Origin: Octopus bimaculoides
Lineage: Eukaryota
Length of the DNA: 33,463 bases
Assembly (NCBI RefSeq): GCF_001194135.2
Contig: NC_068985.1
Coordinates: 20,416,368-20,449,830 of the forward strand
Direction of reading: 5' to 3'
Shown: piece by piece, positions 1-11,972 of the stretch
How the letters are laid out: every line of letters starts with the position of its first letter
Position numbering within the stretch: position 1 is the first letter of the stretch
The notes under the pieces: model-generated
The model's input: the letters and a program-made list of their open reading frames with translations, nothing else
What the model was told of the DNA's origin: nothing
Databases searched by the model: none
Program-made: the position numbers and the translations under genes

Positions 1-49
1 TATATATATATATATATATCTATATATATATATGTGTGTGTGTTCAGCA

Positions 50-390
50 ACCTTGGGATATTGAACCTTTTAGATGAGATGACAAAGGACCAAGATACCT
101 GTCATCTTGCTGTACTCAAGAAGATCTATCCTCCACAGCAGAAGTGTTAAGCCCACTCCCCTTGGCAAAGAGGATTGATCTGCAATAGTCCTGCTCTGGC
201 ACCACGCAAAATGCCACGTAAAAGCACTCATGCTGGTTCCACATTAAAAGTACAGAGCACTCACTGTAAAGTGGTTGCCATTAAGAAAGGGATCCATCTG
301 TCGAAACCAAGCCAAGTCAGACTGGAACCAGGTGCAGCTCTCCGGCTTGCCAGCTCTGGTCAAACTGTTCAACCCATGTATGATTGTATG
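50..390 (+). mobile_element. RTE-LINE 3' end fragment (ORF C-terminus plus 3'UTR, old subfamily, tail lost)
   Basis: ATGACAAAGGACCAAGA, GCCACGTAAAAGCAC and GTGGTTGCCATTAAGAAAGGGATCC match the RTE 3' ends at 1871-2300 (-), 18749-19031 and 25833-26380 (-). Confidence 0.75.
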
Positions 391-794
391 ATCCAAGGAT
401 CTGGGTGTAGGAAGTTATTAAGCCTTGAGCTGTCTGTATTAAGTATAAAAACGACTTCCAGGAACAATAATAGTTTATTGGCATAGAATGTTTTAGGCTT
501 TTCCGATATCAAAGTTTGATAAGCTGAAAGGAGTTTTTTTTTATATAATTCACAGTGAGCAACTAGGGTTGCTATGAATATGAATAAAAATCCAAATTGA
601 GGGAATGGAGCTGGTAAAATCCAGGCTACACATGTTTCCTAGCTACAGAACCTCAGAAGTAATAATTATTCAATGAAAGATACTTCGCAAGCAGCTCATC
701 AGGCTGAAGATAGCTTAGTTGAATGAAGGTAACATTATCCTCAAGGGACCTCAATTTAACTTACTGGAGATGTAATTTAAAATGTAATTTTAAA

Positions 795-798
795 ACAC

Positions 799-841
<43 letters not shown>

Positions 842-984
842 TACACACACACGCACACACTCACATACACATACATACAGACATATATATATGTGTGTAT
901 GTGTGTGTGTGTGTGTATATATATATANNNNNNNNNNNNNNNTATACATACATGCATACATACATACATACATACATACATACA

Positions 985-1020
<36 letters not shown>

Positions 1021-1201
1021 TACACCAGTGTTGTAAGGTGGTGGATATATTGGGTGTGCTGTCAAACCCAATGCCACCAAATTTCAAGCAGGAGAATAGT
1101 AGAAGTTTTCCATTAATAATGAGTAAAGTTAATATTTATAATGAATTTGACATTTTTGAAAGGTGTACAGTGCATACCTAGCATACCCAGAATATACACC
1201 C

Positions 1202-1285
<84 letters not shown>

Positions 1286-1296
1286 TGTGTGTGTGT
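795..1296. repeat. Compound microsatellites (CA)n/(TA)n/(TACA)n/(TG)n; N-gap at 928-942
   Basis: Seen directly. They account for the HT/YI/CV-rich ORFs at 723-1329. Confidence 0.97.
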
Positions 1297-1870
1297 AAAT
1301 ATATATTAATCTTTGTTTTTATGTTGTAATAAAAGAAATTTTACATTAAACTGAAGGATTATGCAATACTTTTAGTTCAGTCAAATTTATTATTCTTCAC
1401 TAAACGTAGTATTGACAGTGACTTTGAAACTTCCACAAGCTGAGCCGTCATTGGACTGATATATGTATATAAAATGTCAATACACACTCTCTAAAATACA
1501 TGCACACGCATGCATTCGTACATTATTTTAAAGATATTTAAAATAAAAAATTTCTTAAACAACAACACAATTTTATGAGGCTAGTTCTCAGCGTGGCCTT
1601 GCTTATGCAAGGTTTAAGACATTTGGTATATTCTCACAAGAGCCAGGAATGAAATGAAAAAGGAGTTTGAAACACCTGTTTTTACACGTGTCACTCACAT
1701 AAAGTTTTGAAGAAATATAAAGATATGCAGTTTCTTCATAATTTTTGTATATTTCAAAATATAATCAAACAACATATAGTTCAAGAGGGAAACAAGATTA
1801 TATAACTAACTGAATAATCAGAAACATGGAAGGGAAGTGGAAGTACTAGAATTATGAACCTTTCAGTTAT

Positions 1871-2300
1871 TCATCATCATCATCATCATCATGTAATGTC
1901 CTTTGTACATGTTGGCACGAATTGGACAGTTTGACCAGGGCTAGTAAGTTGAGGGCCTGCATCAGACACCAGTCTGATTTGGCATGGTTTCTATAGCTGG
2001 ATGCCCTTCCTAACACCAACCCCTCTAAGAGTGTAATGGGCATTTTTATGTGCCACCAGCATGGGTACAAGTTGCCTGACACCAGTATCTGCCATGGTTT
2101 TGATTTCACTTGATGAGTCTTCTACTCAAGCACAACATATTGCTAACCGTCTTGGTCCTTTGTCATTACCTCTGTGAGGTCCAATGCTTGAAAAGTGCTT
2201 CTTATATGCCACTGGAACACGTACTATTTACACAACACTGACATCAGCCGCATTGCCTCTGTGAGGGCCAATGTTCGAAAGGTGATTTTTACATGCCGAT
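1871..2300 (-). mobile_element. 5'-truncated RTE-LINE 3' end with (GAT)n tail
   Basis: (CAT)n at 1871-1892, followed by the reverse complement of GGTTGGTGTTAGGAAGGGCATCCAGCT and two TGCCTCTGTGAGG-type subrepeats shared with 25833-26380. Confidence 0.85.
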
Positions 2301-2319
2301 ACATATATATGTGTAGGTG

Positions 2320-2500
2320 TGTCCTTGTGTTGTTTGTTTCCAGTCCTCTGTGAAAACATGTGTTTGGCCAAAGTCATCTTTGTTGGGACACATGTGAGAG
2401 TTGGTGACAGGAAGGGCATCCTGCCATAGAAATTCTGCTTCAACAAATTCCATCTAATCCATACAAGCATGGAAAAATCAGCATTAGCATTTTGATAAGA
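2320..2500 (+). mobile_element. SINE-like fragment sharing the RTE-type 3' tail
   Basis: GTTGGTGACAGGAAGGGCATCC...TAGAAA...CCATACAAGCATGGAAAA parallels the RTE tail, but the upstream body is different. Confidence 0.6.
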
Positions 2501-3009
2501 CATATATATATATAACATACATAAGAAATATGGGACGAGAATGCTTTTGGGTCCCAGAGAGGGAATACTTAGGGGATCTTCACAAAATTCTAAGGAACTG
2601 TGATTTGATATTTTTTGAGGTGGGGAAATAGTGGGCTAGTAGACAGTCATAGGACCCTCATCTTGACTCTCCAGGTCCCAGACTGATGTACCAATATATC
2701 AATGCACTGGCTGAACTTATAAGCTCTGTATATAACTTTATGCAACTATTTGCAAAAGCACAAACTTACAGAAACCCATCCCCATTGACTCCCACAAAGT
2801 AAAATGAATACAAATCATTATGTGTGCATGTGCAAATACATATGAATATGCATGAGTATGTGTATGTATATATGAGTGTGTGTGTGTGTGTATGTGTATG
2901 TGCATGCACATATGCACTTGCGTATGCTGTGTGCTAAAATGTATGTATGTATATTTAATTGATACAGATGTATATTTATTTACAAAAATACATCATTATA
3001 TATTAATAC

Positions 3010-3049
<40 letters not shown>

Positions 3050-3729
3050 CAATATATATATGTCAATAATGCTATACAAGCATACAAACATATCAACCAA
3101 TGTACAAACATGACTACCTAAATATGCTTAAAAGATAATGCACCATCAGAATATTATATTAATATTTACCTTTAGGCTAATATACTAATGTTCTGTTCTG
3201 GCAATTTTCCATGGAACCCATATTATCCTATTCAGCAGGCTAAGCGTGTATGTAATATATACGTGTGTTTGTATGTACGTGCTTGTGTGAGTTTGTATAC
3301 ATACAGACATACATACATATATACATACATACATACATACATACATACACACGTGTATATATGTATGGAGGGATAAGATCAAAACAAGAAGTATCTAATA
3401 TTTATAACACAAGAGATAAATTTAGACTCACAGAGACCATAACAACTTGATAGATGTGCGGGAGGCATAATGCTGCCTTTGCTTATTCAAAGGTAGATAT
3501 TATTTACCAGAGAAGAAAAGACATATTTGCAAGATAGGTTTCCAAGAAATTGGTAATTTAGTAAATCTATTTACCTTGCCTAAACATTGTTCCCCATTAT
3601 ATTTAAAATCACTAATTTTGGAAGTAATGGGTCATCAAAACAGCAATTTCACGTCATCATCGTCATCGTTGTTGTCACCACCACCACCACCAATGTTGAC
3701 AGGAAAAGTTGCAGTGCATATCTTTAACT

Positions 3730-4056
3730 TTTTGTTTGACCCCTGTACTTATTTTTAAAATCTGGTACTTATTTTATTAATTGCTTTATGCCAAACCACT
3801 AAGTTACAGGGATGTAAACAAACCAACAGTGGTTGTCAAGCAGTGGAAGAGAACAAAGACAAAGATGCATACATACACACATATACATATGAAGGGCTTC
3901 TATGTAGTTTCCAATCACTAAATTCATTCACAAGGCATTGGTCGACTTGAGGCTACAATAGAAGACACTTGCCCAAGGTGATGTATAGTGGAACTGAACC
4001 CAAAGCCATATGGTTGCAAAACAAGCTTATTAGCTAAACAACAGCCGCACCTGCAT
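3730..4056 (-). mobile_element. tRNA-derived SINE, family A
   Basis: Reverse complement of the 20011-20310 element: GAAGACACTTGCCCAAGG, ACTGAACCC (B box, reverse), CTAAGTTACAGGGATGTAAAC. Confidence 0.8.
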
Positions 4057-4513
4057 TATTAAGAAATACAAGTAACCCACCTTTTATGAATACGTGTGCC
4101 TTTCTATGTATAGAAACGGGTGGAAGGAACTCTGTGGAGTGTACTGTGTCTAAATAATCAGATGAGAAAAACAAAAAAACACAGTAAATTCTAGGAAACT
4201 GGTGAAAATCTGTATCATCAGTAAATAGATGGATAAATGAATAAAATAAATAAATAAATAGATAGATAAATGAGTAAATAAGTGAATAAATAAATAAAGG
4301 TAATAGATTTAATAAAATTCATTCGTGTATCCTCAGCAGAGATGAATTCTGACATTTAGAGCAGGGTCCTTTTAGGAATTTTATATCCTGCTCAAGTAGC
4401 ACCAAGGAAGGAGAGTACAAATAGCATCACTATTGAAAAGTAAAAAAACCATTGTGTTTTCCACTTGACAGCGGAGGAAGGGAAAGTATATTTGTAGCAT
4501 AAGCTCTATGCAA

Positions 4514-4607
4514 AATCATCATCATCATCATAATCATCATCCTCGTCGTCGTCATCATCGTCGTCGTAATCATCATCATCATCATCACCATCAATATTAT
4601 TATTATT
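4514..4607. repeat. (CAT)n/(CGT)n/(TTA)n trinucleotide array
   Basis: Seen directly. Source of the poly-D ORF at 4506-4712. Confidence 0.95.
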
Positions 4608-5144
4608 GAGTGAGAGAGCAGTGCATGCCATCAAAGTGACACTGGGATAAAATATACGAAGCCCAATATACCCATCATGACTACCCGTCTGATAAGGGTA
4701 CACCAGGCACATGCATCACAACCATATGTACGTGACACGGTGATCTCATATCTCGCAGGTGGGGCCCAGTTAGAATTTTCTTCAGGTCGGGTAGCCCATC
4801 CCACTCAAACGGACCCTGAATAAGGTTTGTTTAAGGATGTTGAGCAAAACACCCATGTTTCCAAAGGTCAATTATTCAAACACCAAAGAATTCCTCTCCA
4901 CACATGGCTATGATGCTCCCCCACTACTTCTGCTCGTGATCAGAGATGCACATATCGTCAGCCACCAAGGGACATGCTCAAATAGTCATGGTCAAACAAC
5001 TGACAAGCAAATCTGTGGTATTTAGCAGAATATTTGTTGTAGCCCATCTTTTATACCAAGACAAAAAAAATGTACATGATAACACTTCCAACCAGATAAG
5101 ATCAGAAGCCATGAGAGCCACTGCCTGGTACTGCAACCAGGCAT
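4608..5144. mobile_element. Unclassified ~540-bp non-coding element flanked on both sides by (TTA)n
   Basis: Sharp boundaries against TTA arrays, higher GC than flanks, no credible ORF, terminal 8-bp hairpin TGCCTGGT/ACCAGGCA (5122-5143). Only one copy in the window, so repeat status is inferred. Confidence 0.5.
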
Positions 5145-5162
5145 TTATTATTATTATTACTA

Positions 5163-5373
5163 TTCAGTAGTTTTATTTTTATAACGTGCTTTCACTTCAC
5201 TACCGAGCGCAGCTCTGTGCGCCTTGGGTATGTGCTGTGGTTTGCTGTGGTGCTCTTATGTTTACTGTATTGAAAGTGTTTTGCGTAGAATGTGTGCAGT
5301 ACCCAGTAGTGCAATTTTCTGTATGTTATATATATTTGTAAGTCCTGCTATTTTTGTTATGTATTTGTCTGAA

Positions 5374-5375
<2 letters not shown>
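5163..5375 (-). mobile_element. 5'-truncated R4/Dong-like RLE non-LTR retrotransposon (family 1), 3' end
   Basis: Near-identical to the last ~210 nt of 11973-12343. (TTA)n on both sides. Confidence 0.85.
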
Positions 5376-5421
<46 letters not shown>

Positions 5422-5902
5422 TATTATTACCTCGNNNNNNNNNNNNNNNNNNNNNNNNNNNNNNNNNNNNNNNNNNNNNNNNNNNNNNNNNNNNNNNNNN
5501 NNNNNNNNNNNNNNNNNNNNNNNNNNNNNNNNNNNNNNNNNNNNNNNNNNNNNNNNNNNNNNNNNNNNNNNNNNNNNNNNNNNNNNNNNNNNNNNNNNNN
5601 NNNNNNNNNNNNNNNNNNNNNNNNNNNNNNNNNNNNNNNNNNNNNNNNNNNNNNNNNNNNNNNNNNNNNNNNNNNNNNNNNNNNNNNNNNNNNNNNNNNN
5701 NNNNNNNNNNNNNNNNNNNNNNNNNNNNNNNNNNNNNNNNNNNNNNNNNNNNNNNNNNNNNNNNNNNNNNNNNNNNNNNNNNNNNNNNNNNNNNNNNNNN
5801 NNNNNNNNNNNNNNNNNNNNNNNNNNNNNNNNNNNNNNNNNNNNNNNNNNNNNNNNNNNNNTATTATTATTACTATTATTATTATTATTATTATTATTAT
5901 TA

Positions 5903-5957
<55 letters not shown>

Positions 5958-5983
5958 TATTATTATTATTATTATTATTATCA

Positions 5984-6032
<49 letters not shown>

Positions 6033-6039
6033 TATTATT
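5376..6039. repeat. (TTA)n array spanning N-gap 5435-5861
   Basis: Seen directly. Source of the poly-I/L/Y ORFs. Confidence 0.95.
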
Positions 6040-6406
6040 ACCTCGGCTTTTGCTAAGGCCAAGGTATTGTTTTCAGTCATGTTTGTTTGTTTGTCCATGG
6101 ACAAGATCTCTCAAGAACTGCTGGATGGATTCGAATGAAACTTTCCGAGATGTTTGGTCTCATGACTGGCACAAACTGATTAGATATTGGGATCAGTCTG
6201 GTACCGGACAAAGATTCTGGATTATTTTTCCTGTTTTTTTTTACTCAATTTTTGAAAGTGGTCGGGTTCATTTTTAGTATTCTCGTTTGTGAGAGCAATC
6301 AAGTTTATTTAAGATATTCCCATTTAAAAAAATCATCTCTGCCTAATCATTGAGAGAACGTTGGTTTTGCCTTGGTGGAGGTTTGCCCTCTCTGAGTGCT
6401 CTTGTT
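6036..6406 (+). mobile_element. Helentron-associated non-autonomous element (HINE/DINE-1-like)
   Basis: 5' imperfect hairpin ACCTCGGCTTT/AAGGCCAAGGT, internal (GTTT)n, 3' subterminal GCCTTGGTGGAGGT (reverse complement of the 5' motif), 3' stem-loop CCCTCTCTGAGTGC, ending in TT. This layout is the one described for DINE-1/HINE elements. Confidence 0.65.
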
Positions 6407-6470
6407 ATCATCATCATCATCATCATTATTATTATTATTATTATCATTATTATTATTATTATTATTATTA

Positions 6471-6834
6471 TTCAGTAGTTTTATTTCTACAACTTCCTTT
6501 CACTACACTACCGAGCACAACTCTGTGTGCCCTGGGTATGTGCTGTGGTTTGCTGTGATGCTCTTATGGTCACTGTATTGAAAGTGTTTTGCGTAGGATG
6601 TGTGCAGTGCCCAGTAGTGCAATTTTCTGTATGTTATATATATTTGTAAGTCCTGGTGTTTTTATGTATTTGTCTGAATATTTTTTTATTATACCTAAGG
6701 CGCCTACTATGATAGGAATTGTTTCTGATTTTAGATTACACATTCGAGTTACCTCTATTTCCAGGTCTTTGTATTTTGAAAGTTTCTCCATTTCTTTTAG
6801 GGCAACGTTGTCATCTGCTGGTATTGATACATCA
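6471..6834 (-). mobile_element. 5'-truncated R4/Dong-like RLE retrotransposon (family 1)
   Basis: Encodes DVSIPADDNVALKEMEKLSKYKDLEIEVTRMCNLKSETIPIIVGALG (C-terminal part of a PD-(D/E)xK RLE domain). Flanked by (TTA)n. Confidence 0.88.
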
Positions 6835-6837
6835 TCA

Positions 6838-6890
<53 letters not shown>

Positions 6891-6900
6891 GTTATTATTA

Positions 6901-7005
6901 AGGCACTGGGGTCAGTGAAATGAGCACCAGTTGAGTACTGGGGTTAATGTAATTGACTAGCCCCTTCCCACCAAATTTCAAGGCTAGTACCTATAATAGA
7001 AAGGG
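6901..7005 (+). mobile_element. SINE family B, 3' half
   Basis: CCAGTTGAGTACTGGGGTTAATGTAATTGACTAGCCCC matches the reverse complement of 11703-11911 and 20612-20822. Confidence 0.7.
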
Positions 7006-7006
<1 letters not shown>

Positions 7007-7062
<56 letters not shown>

Positions 7063-7120
7063 ATATCATCTTCATCATCATCATCATCATTTCCTTTATC
7101 AGCATCATCATCATCATCAT
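7007..7120. repeat. (CAT)n array
   Basis: Seen directly. Source of the poly-H ORF. Confidence 0.97.
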
Positions 7121-7456
7121 TGTTGCTGTTGTTAATTATAGTGTTTCATATCGTAGGTATCATAAACAATGGTTTATTATGATTATTTCATATTCTAGAT
7201 AAATTACAAATGTGTTTATCTATTGTAACTGAATATCCTGATAAATATCACATTCCCTGTTGTCTGATTATACAACAATCTCACATTTGAACTCTACCTG
7301 GACAGGGTTTCTCCACCTACATAGATCTCTTTGCATGCAGCCAATGTGTTGTCAGGTGTTTCAAACCATTATAGCTGATGTTAGAGACACTGCTTACCTG
7401 TGTGTACACGCACAAGCATCTCCTTGTGCATGAATGAGAGACAGAGAGACAGTATG

Positions 7457-7502
7457 TGAGTGTGTGTGTGTGTGTGTGTGTTAGAGATAAGAGGCTGGGA
7501 AT

Positions 7503-7548
<46 letters not shown>

Positions 7549-7678
7549 AGTAATGAAATGGAAAGTATTAGGGAGAAGTGAAAAGAAAGAAATGTAATTA
7601 TAGAAGACAGTTAGTGATATAAAGAGAAGGGAAAGAAAGAAGAATAACTGGAAATGGCAGGTAAATAGTGAAGGAATC

Positions 7679-7725
<47 letters not shown>

Positions 7726-7811
7726 AATGGGAAAGAAGAACTAATGATGGAAATGACAGTGAAAGTGGCATACAAAAAAAAAGCAGTAGAGAGAGAGAGA
7801 AAACATACATG

Positions 7812-7875
<64 letters not shown>

Positions 7876-8075
7876 CGGTGATACATAGAGATGTAGACAT
7901 GCACATGCGCACACACATATACACGTGTGTGCACATGCGTGTACACGCGTGTACACGCACACACGCATGCAGACACATACACACGCACACACACACATGC
8001 ATGTACATACATGAAGTCGGTGTTTTAGTGAGACTGAGCAGGTGAATGAGAATGAATGAGAGACACAGAGAGTGT

Positions 8076-8123
<48 letters not shown>

Positions 8124-8293
8124 CAGACCGACAGACAGACAGACAAACCGACAGCCAGACAGACAGACAGACCGACAGACAGACAGACAGACAGACAGAG
8201 CAGTGATGAATTAAAGAGTAAGATAGAAAAAACAAATAGTATCAATTAGTGACAGAGAAAGAGAGAACGAACGAGAGAGAGAGAGAGAGAAAG
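7457..8293. repeat. Compound (GT)n,(GA)n,(TA)n,(CA)n,(GACA)n arrays ending at N-gap 8294-8899
   Basis: Seen directly. Confidence 0.95.
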
Positions 8294-9067
8294 NNNNNNN
8301 NNNNNNNNNNNNNNNNNNNNNNNNNNNNNNNNNNNNNNNNNNNNNNNNNNNNNNNNNNNNNNNNNNNNNNNNNNNNNNNNNNNNNNNNNNNNNNNNNNNN
8401 NNNNNNNNNNNNNNNNNNNNNNNNNNNNNNNNNNNNNNNNNNNNNNNNNNNNNNNNNNNNNNNNNNNNNNNNNNNNNNNNNNNNNNNNNNNNNNNNNNNN
8501 NNNNNNNNNNNNNNNNNNNNNNNNNNNNNNNNNNNNNNNNNNNNNNNNNNNNNNNNNNNNNNNNNNNNNNNNNNNNNNNNNNNNNNNNNNNNNNNNNNNN
8601 NNNNNNNNNNNNNNNNNNNNNNNNNNNNNNNNNNNNNNNNNNNNNNNNNNNNNNNNNNNNNNNNNNNNNNNNNNNNNNNNNNNNNNNNNNNNNNNNNNNN
8701 NNNNNNNNNNNNNNNNNNNNNNNNNNNNNNNNNNNNNNNNNNNNNNNNNNNNNNNNNNNNNNNNNNNNNNNNNNNNNNNNNNNNNNNNNNNNNNNNNNNN
8801 NNNNNNNNNNNNNNNNNNNNNNNNNNNNNNNNNNNNNNNNNNNNNNNNNNNNNNNNNNNNNNNNNNNNNNNNNNNNNNNNNNNNNNNNNNNNNNNNNNNG
8901 TATATGTATATATATAGTACAAATAGGTGAAAGAAGAGAAATTTGAAGAAAGCAAAGAAGAAATGCTGAAAGAAAAGCTAGTAGTGACTTAGTATTAAAG
9001 ATAATTATTTTACTTTGCATTCTTAAGGTTTCTCATTACCTACTCAAATCTCTCCACCCTCCCCGCC

Positions 9068-9069
<2 letters not shown>

Positions 9070-9116
<47 letters not shown>

Positions 9117-9382
9117 GTCTGTCTGTCTTTCTCCCTTCATAATATATACACAGAGTCTGTTGAAATGGTAGTACTAAACGCTATAGTGTTATGGCACGCA
9201 CTTACTATAGTGTAATAGAAACAGCATTAACCTACTGTGCAGCAGCACTGCAGTAGGAAATGGTAAGCACAGAATAGAGGAATAAGTGGGGAGGGTGAGG
9301 AGGAAGGCAAGTTGATAATATAGCAAAATACATACAGATGAGAGGATGCATGTCCTCTCATCTGTATAGAATGCAAGGTATG

Positions 9383-9429
<47 letters not shown>

Positions 9430-9786
9430 ACACTCATAAGGTATGAGTGTGTGTGAGGACATGTGTCCTCTCATGAGGATACAATAGGAGGTACATCTAT
9501 ATACGTATGTATGTATGTGTGTGTGTATTTGTGTGTGTGTGTGTGTGTGTGTGAGAAATACTGTGAAATGGCTGAAAATGCGGCAAATTTTTATATACAT
9601 ATATATATATGTTTGTTTTTTTGAGTAATTAAAACAAGTTTAACTTTTTGGTATAAGGAGAAAATAGTTTTAGACTTATGTTGTTGTATGTATGAAAATA
9701 AAATTATAAAAAATATGCTTTCACAGAGTATACATATATGTGTGTATGTGTGTGAATGTGCATGTGTATGTGTCTGTATATAGGTA

Positions 9787-9884
<98 letters not shown>

Positions 9885-10395
9885 TACATATGTATATATG
9901 CATGTATATGTATGTATGTACATATATATATATATATATATATAAAATATATCATTGTCATCATATATATGTCTATATATGTTATATGTGCATATGTGTA
10001 TAAGTGCTTGTACATGCATATACACACACACCAGCACACATGTGCACACACACACACACACATACATACACACACTCACACACATACATGCACATGGAGT
10101 AGCTTGACAATAACTTCAAAGTTTTACCAATCAGTGGGGAATCTTCGAAGTTGCAGTCAGCCTTTTCATTGGAGAAATATATTTTATATTCTATAAATGT
10201 GCACGCATGCACACATGCACACACACACTTGTACAGACGCACACACACACTTGCACAGACGCACACACACACACATATTGAATGGCTTTTCAGGTAATAT
10301 GTGAATGTCTTTATGAATAGTTATTCATAGAACACATACATTAATGCATACATATATACATATACATGTGTATATGTATATATACGTATATATAC

Positions 10396-10464
<69 letters not shown>

Positions 10465-10600
10465 CATATATATATATATCTGTTTATATATGTTTGTATC
10501 GATGTAAATGTGTGTATGTATGTATAAATATATGCGTGTACATGTGTATGTGTACGTGTGTGTTTGTGTATGTGCGTGTATATCTGTACATATATCTACA
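9070..10600. repeat. Microsatellite-rich tract (CT, CA, TG, long TA arrays at ~9786-9867 and ~10396-10478)
   Basis: Seen directly. All track ORFs here are low-complexity. Confidence 0.93.
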
Positions 10601-11500
10601 CAGAGTGTTCCAAAAAGTTGTATACACGTATTGAATGATTGAGTCAGTGTTTATTGAAGTACATTTCATTTTCAAACTTTAATAGAATCTACGGATAGAA
10701 TTTAATTTTTCTTTCTGAATGCCCCTCTTCAAACCGTTGACAATTCTGGTTTGGGAAATGCTGATAATGTGAAGCATCAGAATTGCAAACATCAAGAAAT
10801 GTTTTGTTTGGTATTTCTGCAATGGCTGACCTCAGTTCATCAACCATTGGTGGCTTTGTTCTATAAACTTCATTTTTTAAGTATCCCCATAAAAATTGAC
10901 TGAGACTGGTGAAAGGTCTGGTGAATGGGAGGGTATTCTATGAAACCTCTTCATCTAATTCACCTGTTTGACAAAATCTCGTAAAAGTAGGCCCTTATGA
11001 CAGTATCGTGGTGCCCCATTTTGCTGGAAATAAGATTCCACATCTTCAAAGTTCACTTGAATATTTGGCAAAACAGACTCTTACAGGAAGTTCAGGTACA
11101 GGTGACAAGTCACAGTACCATTACAATAGAATGGTCCAATCCATCCTTTTGGTGATAAACCACACCTTACTGGAACTCCTCGTAAATCAACATGATGTTC
11201 TTCCCTAATATGCAGATTCCCCAGGCCACAGTAGGTGCAACTGTGACAGTTAATTGAGCCATTTAATTTAAATATAGTCTCATCATTTCAGATAACCTCT
11301 GTTGGGAAGTGTGCATCTGGTGTACATCTTACCAAATACCACTTGCAATCATGAAATATTCCAGGAATGTAACTTTTCCAATGATAGGACTTCAAAATGC
11401 AATAGATGTGTGTTTTTGAAATTTCTATCTCATGACTTACTTTTTGCACAAAATTTCTTGAAGTCTGGCAATACATTTATTGTATTCTTTCTTGCATTGT
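10601..11500 (-). mobile_element. Decayed Tc1/mariner transposase, DD41D (rosa/Crmar2)-like
   Basis: Minus-strand frames with stops and frameshifts give VI*NDETIFKLNGSINCHSCTY, YFQQNGAP, NR*IR*RGFIEYPP.SPDLSP and WGYLKNEVY. TIR-like CAGAGTGTTCCAAAAAG at 10601; the opposite TIR was not found. Confidence 0.8.
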
Positions 11501-11702
11501 GAGACTCATTGATATCCATGATCATTTGAAATGTTACTTTAAAACATTATAAACAATTCAATCTGCTCCAAAGTTATCTCAATTTTGAGCAAATTCTCTC
11601 CTCAGCTGTCTTTGTACTTTGAATTCGTTGTCAGACTTCCAGTAGCACTTTAGAATAAATTTTCTTTATTCAAAGCTTAGTCTAACAATAATTAATTATT
11701 GG

Positions 11703-11911
11703 TTTCAGATTTTGACACAAGACCAGCAATTTGGGAGGAGGGGATAAGTGAATTACATCGACCCCAGTGGCTCAACTGGTACTTATTTTATAGACCCCCA
11801 AAAGGATGGCAGGCAAAGTCGACTTCAGCAGAATTTGAACTCAAAACATAAAGATGTATGAAATACCTCTAAGCATTTATCTGGCACAGTAATGATTCTG
11901 TCGGCTTGCCA
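11703..11911 (-). mobile_element. tRNA-derived SINE family B
   Basis: Minus strand has GAGTTCAAATTC (B-box-like) and GCCATCCTTTTGGGGGTCTATAAAATAAGTACCAG. Homologous to 20612-20822 and abuts (TAA)n. Confidence 0.8.
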
Positions 11912-11931
11912 CATTTATAATAATAATAATG

Positions 11932-11965
<34 letters not shown>

Positions 11966-11972
11966 TAATAAT

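Noticed and set aside
50-153. Myosin-like peptide LGILNLLDE
   Set aside because: The next residues (EMTKDQDTCHLAVLKK) align to the RTE ORF C-terminus (AMT.DRDLW.YAVLEK-like), and the DNA matches RTE 3' ends.
4376-4439. Possible exon ILYPAQVAPRKESTNSITIE
   Set aside because: Weak donor (GTAAAA), phase incompatible with the 3176-3247 candidate, no recognisable homology.
723-10675. Many ORFs rich in HT/YI/CV/SL/poly-H/I/L/D
   Set aside because: They are translations of microsatellites.
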